Notes: generated from the sequence alone by a model not told the origin. Counted from the stretch's first letter, positions 44,301 through 58,788 are shown. The stretch: DNA of 64,000 nucleotides from an uncultured Planctomycetota bacterium (GCA_963823665.1 CAWGMQ010000007.1:960001-1024000), one strand, 5' to 3'. Numbers and translations are program-made.

Positions 44301-45863
44301 GCGGCTTGCCGATGCCAGCCACACGTACAAGAGGCTACAACAGAATGTCGGGGCCGATGTAGACCGGCGAGTGCTGGCGCTCTGGCGGCTGGCGCATGTG
44401 TACGAGGCAAGGAAGCTTCTGGTCTCGGTGCGCGATTGCTACCTCGATCTGCTGGCACGGTACCCCAAGCAATCGCTGGAGCACAACGGCCGCAACGCGA
44501 GCGCGGGCGAGCTGGCGGCAGCGGAGCTGGAGCGGCCGATTTACGCGGCGATCGTGGCGGACCGTCCGGAGCCGCCGACGCCGCTGCCGCTGTTCCGGAA
44601 ATGGCACTGGCAGCCGGAGGACAATCTGCCGGTGAAGGCGCTTTTCGCCTGCGGCGTGCTGCCGTCGGTGGATTCAGGGCGGGTGTTCCTGGTGGAGAAG
44701 ACGGGGCTGCGGCTGCTCGACGCGAACACCGGTGCGCCGCAAGTGGGTGTCGGATCTGGGCGGACCGCCGGTCTGGGCGGGCTATCTCTCGGACAAGCTG
44801 ATCGTGGCGACTTCGCGGCAGATTGCGGCGCTCGAGCTCTCGCAGGGGAGCGTTCAATGGCGGTTCGACGTGTCGAAGGCGGGCAAGGACACGCGGCGGC
44901 CCGATCCGTTTGCGGGCCCGGCCGAGGCCGTGCCGGGCCCGGGGCCGGAGGGTCCGTACCTTTCGGGGTTCCAGATTGCGAAGGGGCGAGTCTTCTGTGT
45001 GCGGAGCCACAGCGAGCTGCTACGCGATCGACGGCGACTCGGGCGCGCTTGAGTGGTCGTTCACATCGCCGCCCGGGCAGATCAGGCCCAACCTCTGGAT
45101 CGGCGCCGAGCAGGCGGTCTTGCAGATCGACAAGCCGAACCAACTGCTGGTGCTCTCCACCGCAGACGGCCGGGTGGTGAACCACACTGCGCTTCTAGGA
45201 AAACGAGCAGCTTGAACGGCCGCCGCTGCCGATCGATGAGACTTCGGTCGTCCTGGTGTCGGATCGCTGCACGGTCAAGCGATTCGACCTCAAGCACGGC
45301 CAGACCTCGTGGGTCTTCCAGGAGGCCAAGCGCCCGCCCGACAACGGGCCGCCCTTGCTGCTTGGCAGTGCCGAAGACGCTGCTGGTGGTCCACGACGGG
45401 TACACGCTGATCCGTCTCGACGCGGCAACCGGCAAGAAGCGCTGGGAGAAGGTGCTCGGAGAGAACCTGAGCCAGCGCCCGGGCTCGATCGCGGTGGACC
45501 GGCGGAACCTGTACTGCGTGACCTATGAGACATTCTCGGGGGGCGCGGCCGGCCTTGCGAGCGCTCTCGCTCGAGGATGGCTCGCGAGTGTGGTCGTGCC
45601 CGCTTTCCGGACCGCGGAACGCGGTGTGGTCGATCACGCTTTCGGAGCGATCGATCTTCGCGTTTCCGAGCGCCGCGGAGTCGACCGGCGCAGGAGATCT
45701 GGCGAGCTGGCCGGTGATCGTGCACAGGCGCGAGGACGGCGCGCTGATCGAGCGGCTGGTGTTTCCGTCGGCGGTTTCCGAGGTGACGTTCAAGGTGGAC
45801 CCGCGGCGCGCGATCGTGGCGACGGACAAGGACATCTGGGCACTGAGCTCCAAGACCGAATGA
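41371..45863 (+). CDS. Large exported PQQ-like beta-propeller / TPR protein (frameshifts near 42105, 43870, 44740, 45020, 45195, 45375, 45545)
   Basis: Signal peptide; DALELLGDLAFQDGRFGEAR TPR; WPTFAGSFART; repeated ACFDADSGNVRW, AIDAATGATMW, AFDSLSGRMVW blades. Confidence 0.8.
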
Positions 45864-45888
45864 ATTCACATCAACAGGAGACCCTAGC

Positions 45889-46971
<1,083 letters not shown>

Positions 46972-47847
46972 CCTCGAGGGGCTCGACCTGCAGGCGCGGA
47001 TGGTGGTCGAAGGCTATGTCGCCGGGATGCATCCCAGCCCGTATCACGGCTTCTCGGTCGAGTTTGCCGAGCACCGGGAGTACGTGCCGGGCGACGACAT
47101 CCGCCACGTCGACTGGAAGGTCTGGTCCAAGACCGACAAGCTTTACCTGAAGCAGTACGAGGAAGAGACCAATCTCCTTTCGTATCTGCTGGTCGACACC
47201 AGCGAGTCGATGGGTTATGCGTCGGGGCAGAACGTCACCAAGCTCGATTATGCCCGGTTTCTTGCGGCGGCCCTGGGCTACATGATTCTTCAGCAGCAAG
47301 ACTCGGTGGGCCTGGTCGTCTTCGACGACGCGGTGCGGCGGTACTTGAAGCCTGCGGGCAGTCCGTCGCAGCTCAAGGAGGTGGTGCGGCTCTTGGACGT
47401 GACGCCCGCGCGTGAGAAGTCGGACCTGGGGGCTGTTTTTCACGACCTGGCCGAGCGATTCAAGAAGCGGGGAGTGGTGGCGATCTTCTCCGACCTGTTT
47501 GACGACGTCGAGAAGGTGACCTCCGGGCTCAAGCACTTCCGGCATCGCCGGCACGAGGTCATTGTCTTTCACATCCTCGATCCGGCTGAGATCGACTTTC
47601 CGTTCCGGGACACGACGCTGTTCAAGGGCCTGGAGGATGCCTCGCAAGTGCTCACGGATCCGCACGCTCTCAAGAAAGCGTATCAGCAAGAGGTGCAGTC
47701 GTTCCTGAAGCAGGTGCAAAAGGCCTGCCGGATGACGGACATCGATTACGTGCCGCTGCGAACCAACCAGAACCTGGGCGTTGCACTGGCGAGCTACCTG
47801 GCGTCGCGGGCAGCGAGGGTTCGATCGCTTTGAGGGCGGGGATTGAG

Positions 47848-47925
47848 GGGGAGTCAGGCTGAAGCCTGACGTACGTGATGCGGGATCGGTGTCGGAGCGG
47901 GGAGTCAGGCTAAAGCCTAACCTAC
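47848..47925 (-). repeat. Two GTAG-type REP-like hairpins (GTCAGGCT(G/A)AAGCCT(G/A)AC(G/C)TAC)
   Basis: Copies at 47853-47874 and 47904-47925, in the gap between DUF58 and BatA. Confidence 0.8.
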
Positions 47926-47953
47926 TCAAGGCGGCGAAGGTTCGAGCGATCTA

Positions 47954-50164
47954 ATGGAGGAAGAGCACTTGTTGTCGGCGGTCTTATGGGCCCTGGGTTT
48001 TGCCAACATTCCGCTGCTTTATGCGCTGGCGGCGGCGGGGGTGCCGGTGCTGATTCACCTGCTCAACCGACGACGGTTCAAGGAGGTGTCGTGGGCTGCG
48101 ATGCAGTTTCTGCTGGCGGCGGTGCGGAGGAACCGGCGGCGGATCCGGATCGAGCAATGGCTGCTGCTCCTGTTGCGCACGCTGGTGGTGATCCTGGTTG
48201 TGATGGCGATGGCGAAGCCGTTTCTCGAGACGTTCGGCGCGGTGATCTCGGGACGGCAAACCCATCGGGTGCTGGTGCTGGATGATTCGCTGTCGATGGG
48301 ATACACGTCGGGCGAGTCGAGCCGGTTCGATCAAGCGAAGGAGCTGGCGTCGCAGCTTGTGAAGGACTCGCGGCAAGGGGATGTGATCAGCGTGATCTTG
48401 ATGGGAGAGCCGCCCAAGGTCGTCATCGGCGATCCCTCGCCGAGCTCGGTCGAAGTGCGGAAGGAGATCGCCGAGCTCAAGCTCTCGCATGGCGGCACGG
48501 ACCTGGCGGCGACGTTCGAGAAGGTTGCCGCCGTGCTCGAGGTTTCGCCGATTCAGCAGAAGGAAGTGATCTTTCTCACGGATCTGCAGGCGACGAGCTG
48601 GCGACCGCCGGCGGAGGCTGCGGGGCCGATCAAGGAGATACTGAAGCGGGTCGAGGAGCGGCGGGTGCGGTGGGTGGTGATCGACCTGGGAAAGACGGGG
48701 GGAGAGAACCGGGCGGTGACCGACTTGAAGCCGGGAGCGCCGTTTGTTCCGGTGGGGACCAATGCACTGATTCGCACGGTGCTGCGCAATTTCGGCAGCA
48801 CGCCCTCGGATGGTGTGCGGGTGCGGCTGACGGTCGACGGCCGGCTGGGCCCGGAAGAGTCGTTCGACCTGCGGCCGGGTGAAGACGTGCCGGCGGTTTT
48901 TCCGTATCCGTTCTCGAGCCCGGGCGATCATCTGGTGGAGGTGTCGATCGACGACGATCCGCTTTTGCTCGACAACCGGCGATACATGGTGGTGCCGGTG
49001 CGGGAAGCGCTCAAGGTGTTGCTGGTTGACGGCCATTTCAAGTCCGAGCCGTATCAGGCCGAGACGGATTATCTGGCGCAGGCGCTGGCACCGACGGAGG
49101 AGGTACCGGGGCAGCCCAGGCTGATCCGGGTGGAAGTGATCCCGGAATCGCAGTTCCTCAATCGGGAGCTTGCCGACTACGACGTGGCGGTGCTGTGCAA
49201 CGTGGCGCAGTTCAGTGCGCGGGACGTGACGGCGATCGACGATTTCCTGAACCAAGGAGGGGGAGTCGTCATCTTCGGGGGCGATCAGGTCGTGGCCGAG
49301 AACTACAACCGGCTGCTGTACGCGGACGGGAAGGGGATTCTGCCGGCGGAGATGGGCCCAAGCGTGGGGGATGCCTCCAAGCGGCAGGGAGGGTTCTTGT
49401 TCAATCCGCTGGGATACCGGCATCCGATTCTTTCGGAGTACCAGGGAGAGTCGGACCCGGTGACGGCGGGCCTCACGCTGAACCGCACGTGGCAGTATCA
49501 CAAGCTGATCTTGCCGAAGCAGTCGAGGGCCGAGGTGGTGATGGACTTCGACAACGGTGATCCGGCGATCGTCGAGCTGGAGCGTCGGCGAGGGACGGTG
49601 ATGCTGGTGGCAACCTCGGCCGATGCGGGCTGGACCGACTGGCCGCTGCACCAGAGCTATTTGCCGGTGATGCAGCAGATTGTGATGCGGGCCTCGGCGG
49701 GCCGGTTCGCGGAGCGGAATATCCAGGTGGGGCAGTTTTTCGACCAGGCTTTTCCCGCGGCGGGTGCGGGGGCGGCGGTGACGGTGGTGACGCCGGGGGG
49801 CCAGACGATCGCGACCAAGCTGCAATCCTCAGGGGGCGTGAGCCAGTTTCACTTCGAGGACACCGACCTATCGGGGCGGTACCAGGTGAAGATCGGGCCG
49901 CCGCTGTCGGTCGAGTCGTCGTTCGCAGCCAACCCGAACCCGGCGGAGAGCGACATGACCAAGCTCGATCGCGGGGGGCTCGAGGAAGTGGTGCCGGGGT
50001 GGAATTTCCTGTACTTGACGAACTCGCGCGAGCTGGCGAAGGATGCCGGGTCGGTGGGGCGGCGCGGGGAGCTGCATCGGCCGCTGTTGTATTGCCTCTT
50101 TGCCCTGCTGCTCGTGGAATCATTCATGGCGTGGAGGTTCGGTCATCATGAAGCAGGTGGGTGA
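47954..50164 (+). CDS. BatA/VWA domain protein with CARDB and GATase-like regions
   Basis: PVLIHLLNRRR....WAAMQFL...LLLLLRTL (BatA), LDDSLSM (MIDAS), LTDLQ, C-terminal TM helix. Confidence 0.92.
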   Translation: MEEEHLLSAVLWALGFANIPLLYALAAAGVPVLIHLLNRRRFKEVSWAAMQFLLAAVRRNRRRIRIEQWLLLLLRTLVVILVVMAMAKPFLETFGAVISGRQTHRVLVLDDSLSMGYTSGESSRFDQAKELASQLVKDSRQGDVISVILMGEPPKVVIGDPSPSSVEVRKEIAELKLSHGGTDLAATFEKVAAVLEVSPIQQKEVIFLTDLQATSWRPPAEAAGPIKEILKRVEERRVRWVVIDLGKTGGENRAVTDLKPGAPFVPVGTNALIRTVLRNFGSTPSDGVRVRLTVDGRLGPEESFDLRPGEDVPAVFPYPFSSPGDHLVEVSIDDDPLLLDNRRYMVVPVREALKVLLVDGHFKSEPYQAETDYLAQALAPTEEVPGQPRLIRVEVIPESQFLNRELADYDVAVLCNVAQFSARDVTAIDDFLNQGGGVVIFGGDQVVAENYNRLLYADGKGILPAEMGPSVGDASKRQGGFLFNPLGYRHPILSEYQGESDPVTAGLTLNRTWQYHKLILPKQSRAEVVMDFDNGDPAIVELERRRGTVMLVATSADAGWTDWPLHQSYLPVMQQIVMRASAGRFAERNIQVGQFFDQAFPAAGAGAAVTVVTPGGQTIATKLQSSGGVSQFHFEDTDLSGRYQVKIGPPLSVESSFAANPNPAESDMTKLDRGGLEEVVPGWNFLYLTNSRELAKDAGSVGRRGELHRPLLYCLFALLLVESFMAWRFGHHEAGG

Positions 50165-50167
50165 GAC

Positions 50168-52578
50168 GTGATTGACTGGTTTTTACGTCTGCTGGCGGAT
50201 CAACTGGGTGTGGCGCCGGCCTTGCCCGGGGAGGCGGCGACTCCGCGCATTCGGTTCGAGGCGCCGTTCCCTCAGCAATGGCTCTTCGTGTTCGTGCTGA
50301 TCGGCAGCGTGGCGCTGATCATCTGGCTGTACTGGCACGAAGGCAAGGCGTCGCGCCTGGTCAAGACCTGTCTGGCGGGGGTGCGGCTGGCGCTTGTGCT
50401 CTTGGCGATGTTCATGCTGTCGGAGGCGGTGCTCTCGGTGGAGCGGAAGGGGCTGCCGTACCTGACGATCCTGGTTGATGATTCGGCGAGCCAGCGAATT
50501 GCCGACCAGTACGAGAAGCCGGAGGTGAAGACGGCACTCGAGGCGCTCGCGGCACCAGCAAAGGCCGAACAAACGTCCCGGCTGGCGATTGCCAAGGGGT
50601 GGATCCTCAAGGACCACTCGCGGCTGATCCGGGAGCTGGAACAGAAGCACAAGGTGCGGTTCTATCTGGTGTCGAACTCAACGCGGCTGCTCACCGAGGT
50701 GGATACTCCGGCACAGATTCCGGGGGCAGAGCGGAAGCTGCTGGAGGTGGAAGCATCGGGCAGCCAATCGCGGCTGGGGGATGGGGTGCGTCAAGTGCTG
50801 ACGGAGCTGCGCGGGGCGCCTCCGACGGCGATCGTGCTGCTTTCCGACGGGCAGACCACCGAGGGTGAGCCGCTGGCGAAAGCCGCGGAGCTGGCGGGGC
50901 GGAAAGGGGTGCCGCTGTACGCGATCGGGCTGGGGAGCGCGGAACCGGCGCGGGACATCGAGCTGACGGAGCTTCTGGTCGACGATGTGGTGTTCGTCGA
51001 CGATGCCGTGCGGTTTCAGGCGAAGCTATCGGCACGCGGCTTTGCGGGGGAGAAGGCGGTGGTGCACTTGAAGGAGCTCGAGCCGGGGTCGAAGGACGCG
51101 GCTTCGGGCGCGAGATCGACTCGAAGGAGGTCGATCTGCCGCGCGATGGGCAGTCGACGCGGGTGGAGCTGGTGCATCATCCCAAGGAGACGGGAGAGCG
51201 TACGTTCGTGATCGAAGTGGACAAGCTGCCGCGCGAGCTGCAGAGCGACAACAACCGGCTGGAGCGGGTGGTGAACGTGCGCAAGGAGAAGCTGCGTGTG
51301 CTGGTGGTGGACAGCGAGCCGCGGTATGAATTCCGGTACCTGAAAAACTATCTCGAGCGAGACGAGACGATCGATCTCTCCGTCGTCCTGCTCTCCTCGG
51401 ACCCGAATTACAGCGAGCAGGACCGATCGGCGATCCCGACGTTTCCGGCGTCGAAGGAAGACTTGTTCAAGTATGACGTCGTGCTCTTCGGCGACGCGGA
51501 CATCAGCTACCTGAGCCAGTCGCAGTTGCAGGGTTTGGTCGAGTTCGTGACGGAAAAGGGAGGGGGCGTGCTGTTCGTGGCGGGGGACCTGTTCAACCCG
51601 CTCCAGTATCACGGCACGCCGCTCGAAGTGCTGTTGCCGGTCGAGCTTTCGGACGCGCGGAACCCGACGGCGGTGGGAACGAACGTGGCGGCGTTCCGGC
51701 CGGAGCTCACGGTCGAAGGGCGGGCGAGCCCGATCTTCCGGTTCGGCGATGACGACGCCTCGAGCATGAAGATCTGGGAAGGGCTGCCGGAGCTCTTGTG
51801 GTACTTCGAGGCGCCGCGGAAGAAACCGGCTGCGCTGGTGCTGGCGGAGCGTCCGAGCGTGACCGGGTCGGAGGGCAAGCTGCCGCTGGTCATCTACCAG
51901 TTCCTGGGCCTGGGCAAGTCGATGTTCCACGCGTTCGACGACACGTGGCGGTGGCGATTCCGGTCGGGCGACCGGTACTTCGGGCGGTTCTGGGTGCAGA
52001 CGATCCGGTTTCTGGCGCGGTCACGGCTGACGGGCGGGCGAGGAGCGGAGATCGAGACCGACCGGCGGCGGTATCAGCGGGGGCAGGCGATCCAGTTCCG
52101 GGTGCGGTTTCCGAATGCGGGGCTGGCGCCCACAACAGGGGACGTGACGGTCCAGGTTGGCCGTGCGGGGGGAACGTCGCGGAAGCTGGCGCTCAAGCTG
52201 GTGCCCGGGACCAAGAATGTTTTCGAAGCGGCGCTGCCGCAAGCCGCAGAGGGAGACTACGAGGTGAGGCTGCTGCCGCCGCCGGTTCTTCTGGGTCCGA
52301 TTCCGACGACTTCGTTCCGGGTGGATGCACCGGTCAATGAGTTCGAGCGCATTGAAATGAATGGGCCTGAGCTGTTGCGTGCGGCGGAGTTAACGGGGGG
52401 CAAGTTTTACACGCCGCTGGAGGCGGATGGGCTGTTCAAAGACCTGCCCAAGCCGTCGCCTGTGCTGCTGGACACGGACCCGCCGATCCCGCTGTGGAAC
52501 ACATGGCCGGTGCTGTCGCTTTTCCTGGGGCTCTTAACTCTCGAGTGGGTGTTCCGAAAACGCAACCAGATGGTATAA
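50168..52578 (+). CDS. VWA plus glutamine-amidotransferase-like membrane protein (frameshift near 51110)
   Basis: VDDSASQ, VLLSDGQ, PRYEFRYLKN.LERD, DTWRWR......FW.Q.IR. Confidence 0.88.
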
Positions 52579-52699
52579 TTGCTATTTGATCGATCCGATC
52601 CCGCAGCCGCGCGTGCAGTCAGAGGCGCCCTTGCACCAGAGTTCCTGGTGCTCTCACCATTCGATTTGAGTCCGGGTTAACCGGAACGAGGAGGCCGAA

Positions 52700-55600
52700 G
52701 TGACTCCGCTTCAGCTTGAATCGCGAATCAAGGGGCTGCGCAACTCGCTGCGGCGACTGCTGGCCTTGCACGGGCTTGCCTGGCTGGTGGGCGTGGTGGT
52801 GCCGATCCTGATCGTGGCGGGTCTGGCCGACTGGCAATTCCACCTCGATTTCGTGGTTCGGGGTGCGCTGCTTGCGGTGGTGGCCGGCACGGCGCTCTGG
52901 CTTCTTTACCGGGGGATCATCCGGCCGCTGGTGGTGCGGTTTGACGATCTGGACATTGCGCTACGGATCGAGGAGCGGTGGCCGGGGCTGCACGATCGGC
53001 TGGCGAGCACGATTCAGTTCTTGCGGCTGGATGCCAGCGACGAGCGGCTGGGCTCGCCGGCGTTGCGCGAGGCGACGGTGCGGCAGGCGGTCGAGGAGAC
53101 AAGCAAGATCAACTTCCGCGAGGTGATCGAGCCGAAGCCGGTGATCAAGGCGCTCTTGGCGGGCTCCGCGGCGCTACTGGCGGCGACGCTCCTGGTGGTG
53201 GCTGCGCCCGCCTCGGTGCGGATTGCGATGACGCGGTTGTTTCTGCCGCTGGGGAGGGCGACCTGGCCGCAGCGGACGCATCTGGTTCTGGACGAAGGCC
53301 AGACGACGCTCAAGGTTGCGCGGGGGGATTCGTTCACGTTGGCGGTGAAGGTGCGACAGGGGGACAAGATTCCGGAAGCGGCAGAGGCGACGTATCAGTT
53401 TGCCGACGGCGATTCCGCGGGCGAGCCGCTCAGGGCGATGGAGGGGGGAGAGTTTCGGGGGAGGATCGAGGCGGTCAATCAGCCGTTTCATTTCACGGTG
53501 ACCGGCGGCGACGACCGGTCATCGATCAGAGACGTGCCGGTGGAGGTGGTGCCACCGCCGACGCTGAAATCGCTGGTGATCCGGGTGAGCCCGCCGGCTT
53601 ACACGGGAATTGCCTCGTCGGTGCTGGCGCCGGGGCTCACGCAACTGAAGGCTCTCGAGGGAACGAAGCTCGAGCTGGAAGCAACCGCGAATAAGCCGCT
53701 TGCCCAAGCGGTGCTCAATATCGGGCAAGTGCCATCGGGGGAGAAGCTGGTCTTCGACTCAGGGCGAACCCGCTTTCGCGTGGAATTGGCGGTCAAGAAC
53801 AATTTCAATTTCTGGTTTGACCTGCGAGATACCGAGGGCTTCCGGAACCGCGAGGCGGTGCGGTACGAGGTGCGCGGCTATGCGGACCTGCCTCCGCGGG
53901 TGGTGATCGACGAGCCCAAGAGCGACCGCGACGTGCCGGCGGAAGCGACGATTCCGATCCGGGTGATGCTGGACGACGACTTCGGCCTGCAATCGGGCAA
54001 GATGGTTTACCAGCTTGCGACGGGCGATTCCGAGCCTCAGGCGGCGGTGGTGATTCCGCTCTGGTCGGCGCCTGAGCCCGGTGGTCAGGGCCCGGAGGTC
54101 GGGTCGTTTGTGAAGCACCAGGAAGTGACGCACAACTGGCAGCTCGGGCCGCTCAAGCTGCCGGTGGGAACGGTGATCACCTTTCATGCCGAAGCGCTCG
54201 ACTTCGACCGAATCAAGGGGCCGAACCTGGGCAAGAGCCGCGAGCTTCGCCTGCGGATCATTTCCAAGGAGGATGCGGCCCGGCAGTTCGACGATAACCG
54301 GCGCGAGCTGCGTGAAGAGCTGGCCCGCGTGCTGACGATGCAGAAGCAGGCGATGCCTCCGGTGGAGAACGCGATCCGCAGTCTGAAGGAGGCGCCCGAA
54401 GCTACCGCAGGTGCAGCGCGACGATCTGAACAATGCCGGGATCATTCAGCGGCAGGTTGGCGCTCGCCTCAACAACCGGGATGACGGAGTGGGCGCGCGG
54501 TTGAGGCGGTCGCTGGAAGACCTTCAGAATTTCAAGCTCGACATGGATGACGCTCGCAAGCAGATGGAGGACATGCTGGCACGGCTAACGGAGATTCGCG
54601 ACAAGCATCTGGGGCCGGCCGAGCAAGGGATCTCGCGCGCGGCGAAGAACCTGGACCAAAGCGACACGAGACCGGGGCAGCAGCCGGTCGAGGCAGCCAG
54701 GAATGAATCCGGCGGGGCCGAGCACAAGCAGAAGCAGGAGCCGGGCGCTGGGCCCGATCAGAAGGCTGCGAATTCGTCTTCCTCGGCGGACGCGAAGAAG
54801 TCGGACGCGGCGTCCGAGGCCACGAAGGGGCGTGATTCGTCGCAAAAGGCGGGGCAGGAGGCGCGGGGCAAAGCGAGTGAGAAGTCGAAGAGCGCCGAGG
54901 GAGCGGCTGATTCGGCGGAGGCGGGCAAGTCGTCGTCGGAGGCGGGCAAGTCATCGGCTGAGGCGGGCAAGTCGTCGTCGGAGCAGGCCAAGAATCGTGG
55001 CGAATCGGGCAAGTCGGCGCCCGAGCGAGCGGGTGCGCGTTCGCCGTCGAGCGAGCAAGTGAAGCCCGGCGCCCGCTCGGCGCAAGCGGAGCTGGCGGAG
55101 GCCAAGACGAATCAGAAGGCGATTGCCGACGAGCTGAAGAAGATGCTCGACAGCCTGAGCGAGTTCGAGACTTACCGGGGCGTGGTGAAGGATGCGCAGG
55201 AACTGCTCAAGCAGCAAGAGCAGACGATGAAGCAGACAGCGGAAGTGGCGGACAAGCCTGAGATGGTGGGCAAGCAGCGGGAAGCGCTCTCGCCGGAGCA
55301 GAAGGGGGAGCTCTCCAATCTGTCATCGCGGCAGGGTCTGATCGGCAAGGGCTTGCAGGGCCTGCAGGAGCGGATGAACGAGATGGCGGGCCGGACGGCG
55401 GAGGAGGACCCACTCGCGTCGGCGACGATGCGGGAAGCCGCACAGAAGAGCGAGCAGAAAGGGACGGTGGGCAAGCTGGCCGATGCGGCCGATCGCCTGG
55501 AAAACAACCAGATGAATGAAGCGCGGGCGCAGCAGCAGCAGGCGCGAGAGGAGCTGAGGGACCTGGTTGACGCGATCCAGAACCGGCGCGAGCGCGAGCT

Positions 55601-56650
55601 GGCACGGCTGGTGAAGGAGCTGAAAAAGGAAGAGGCTGAGCTAGCCAAGACGCGGGCCCGGCAGGCGCAGAACTTAAAGAGCACGCGGGAAGCGCAGCGG
55701 AACCCGAATGCCAAGGAGCGCAAGGAGCAGCTCAGCCGGCTGGCGAAGGAGCAGGCGGAGATCAAGAAAGATCTGGACCGGCAGCTTCAGCGTTTGGCCA
55801 AGCTGAACGCCGAGCGGGCCGCGCGGGCGGGTGAGAACGCGCGGGGCCGGATGGAGCGGCGCTCAGAGCCATCTCGATCAAGACGACGGCGCGGAGGCCG
55901 GTGATGAACAGGAAGAGGCGCTGGCGCAGCTCGAGGATGCGCAGGACGAGCTGGAGGAGGCGCGGCGTGAAGCCGAGGAGCAGCTCGCGGTGGAGCAGCT
56001 CGCTCGGATGGGCGACCGGATCAAGTCACTGGCCGAGCGCCAGGAGAAGGTGGTGTCCGAGACGGCCTCGTACGAGGCGCTGCGGCAGAAGGCGCAGGGC
56101 AGGCTGACGGTTGCCCAGCGGGCGGGGGTGAAGGGGCTCGGGCAGGTTCAATCTGGCCTGAAGGAGGAGACGGGCGAGATGATCGAGAACCTGGAAGGGG
56201 CGCCGGTGTTTGCGCTGACGCTTCGGCGCGCGTCGGGGAGCATGGAAAAAGCCGCGGAGCAGCTCCTGGATCTCAAGACCGACAAGACGACTGAAGATGC
56301 CGCGCGGGCTGCTTCGGATCGATTCAAGCAGCTTCTCGACTCGCTCAAGGCCGATGGTGCCGGAGGTCAGGGCGGCGGCGGTGGAGGCGGTGGCGGCGGT
56401 GGAGGAGGTGGCGGCGGAGGGGGCGGGGGCGGCGACGGCATTCCGGCGACTGCTCAGCTCAAGATGCTCAAGTCGCTCCAGAAGGAAATCAACGATCGAA
56501 CCGAGGCGTTTGACGAGCTGCGCAGGCGCAACAAAGCGTTCACGCCCGAGCAGAATCGGCGAGGTTCAGCGGCTGGGCGACGAGCAGGGAGTTCTGGCGG
56601 ACCTGGTGCGCGACCTGACGCGACCGAGACGGGACGATGGGGAGGAATGA
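52700..56650 (+). CDS. Large membrane-anchored coiled-coil protein, DUF4175-like (frameshifts near 54400, 55855, 56555)
   Basis: ALRIEERWPGLHDRLAST, PPAYTG, D.PP.V.I..P, DDDFG, then long Gln/Glu-rich helices. Confidence 0.8.
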
Positions 56651-57657
56651 TCATGATTGCGAAGTCCATTCGACTGGCCTGCGTGGCGGCACTTGCGCTT
56701 TTCGTTGGCTCGGTTGCGCGCATGCCCAGGAGCCCGGCAAGAGCAAGGATGCGGCGCTCGATTCGTTGCTCGAGGACTTGAAGAAGGACGATCCGGGCGC
56801 CGCGAAGAAGGCCGCCAAGAAGGCGGAGCCGGCACGGGCGAAATCGTCTTCGGACGGATCGGGATCGGGGCAGAAATCGAAGGACGGCGCGGGTCGAGCT
56901 CGGGGACCGGCAAGGCCGGCTCGGCGGCTCAAGGAGGGGGTGGCCCGGCAGGCAAGGCGCGGAAGGCGGCGCCGCTTGCGCCCAAGGACCAGGCACTCGA
57001 CGATCTGCTGGGCAAGCTGGGGGAGAGCAAGGACGAACCGGCGGCGGAAGAGCGGCCGCGAGGGCAGGCGCCGGGCGGCGGCGAGATGACGAAGGGGGCA
57101 AGGGGCGGCGAGCAAGGAGCGAGCCAAGCTTGGCGGCAAGGACAAGGAGATCGACGACCGGCTGGAGCAGCTTGCGGGGCGGAAGCGAAAGCGGCCCAAC
57201 GGCGACGACGGAGAGCGAAGCGGGCCGATCGGCGAGATGATCAAGGAAATGCGCGACGTGGAAAAGCGGCTGGGCAAACCTGATTCCGGTGAAGACACGC
57301 AGGCCAAGCAGAAGCAGATCGTCAAGCACATTGATACGCTGATCGAGCAAGTGAAGCAGTCGGGATCGTCGGCGGGTCGGCTCATGATCAGGCGGCGGGT
57401 GCGGCAGGGCAATCAGCCGGGGCAGCAGGAAGGCGATCAGCAAGGGGCGCTGCCGCAGGGCGCGGGCGATGAAGCCGGAGAAGCCGACGAGCCAGCACTC
57501 GACGGCCGGAGGCAAGGGTGTGTGGGGGCACCTCCCCGACGAGCTGCGTCAGATCATGGACAACACGTTCAAGGAGCAGCCGCTGACCTCGAAGTCGGAG
57601 CTGATCAGCCGGTACTTCCTGTCGGTCGGCAAAGGCACGCTGGTCCGTGAGGAGTGA
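56647..57657 (+). CDS. Exported low-complexity hypothetical protein (several frameshifts)
   Basis: Signal peptide; MRDVEKRL..DSGEDTQAKQKQIV..IDTLIEQ; WGHLPDELRQ.M......LISRYF. Confidence 0.65.
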
Positions 57658-57661
57658 CGTG

Positions 57662-58772
57662 ATGCCCAGGTTTTCGGTGTCTGCGAAGAGCGGGTATTGT
57701 CGCCGCCATGTCGTTTTTGCCCGCGATCATTCCGGCGGGCGGGCGGGCGGTGGCCCAGGAGACTGTTCGCGACGACGGCAAGTCGGTGGCGGGTTTCGGC
57801 GAATCGCGTCGAGGCGACGTTCCGGAAGGAACGGCCGAGATGATGACGCCCGAGACGGACAAGGCGATCAAGCAGGGGCTGGCGTGGCTGGCGCGGAGCC
57901 AGAACGCGGACGGGTCGTTCGGCGCGGGGACGTATCGCGGCAACATTGCAGTGACGTCCCTGGCCGCGCTCGCGTTCATGGCGTCGGGATCGAGTCCGGG
58001 GCGGGGTCCATACGGGGCGCAGATCGACAAGGCGCTCGTGTATGTGATGGACAACACGTCGCAATCGGGGTTCATCGCGGTGTCGGCATCGTCGACGCAT
58101 GGTCCGATGTATTCGCACGGGTTCGGAACGTTGTTCCTGGCGGAGGCGTATGGCATGACGCATCGGCCGGAGATTCGAGAGAAGCTCCAGAAGGCGGTGC
58201 GGCTGATCATTGACTCGCAGAATCTGGAAGGGGGATGGCGGTATCAGCCGGTGCGGCGTGATGCGGACCTGTCGGTGACGATCTGTCAGATCAATGCGCT
58301 GCGGGCGGCGCGGAACGCGGGGCTGTACGTGCCCAAGGAGACGGTCGCGGCATGCATACTGTATGTGAAGCGGTCGCAGAACCACGATGGCGGTTTCAAG
58401 TACATGCTTCAAGGTGGTGCGAGTGCATTTCCGCGATCGGCCGCAGGGGTTGTGGCGCTGCAGTCCGCGGGGGAGTATGATACCAAGGAGGTGCGGGACG
58501 GGATCAGCTATCTGCGGCAGTACATTCGCGAGATCAAGCTGGGGAATCGATACAGCCACTATTACTACGGGCATTACTATGCGGCGCAGGCGATGTGGCT
58601 GCGGGGTGGGCCGGAGTGGGCGGAGTGGTACCCGGCGATACGCGACGAGCTGATCAGGCGGCAGATGCCCTCGGGCTACTGGTCGGACACGATTTGCAAT
58701 GAATACGGCACGGCGATGGCGCTCATCATCCTGCAGATACCGAACAACTACCTGCCAATCTTCCAGCGATAG
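57662..58772 (+). CDS. Exported prenyltransferase/squalene-oxidase repeat (alpha/alpha barrel) protein, paralog 1 (frameshift near 57687)
   Basis: GLAWLARSQNADGSF, MYSHGFGTLFLAE, QNLEGGWRYQP, DADLSVT.CQ..ALRAARNAG, QMPSGYW, YGTAMA. Confidence 0.9.
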
Positions 58773-58788
58773 CGATCGAGGTCAGTCA

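Noticed and set aside
2118..44752. Other GACA(C/T)CCA / TGGGTGTC octamers (2118, about 8596, about 44745)
   Set aside because: They lie inside coding frames without the CAAGGGA flank and are treated as chance matches.
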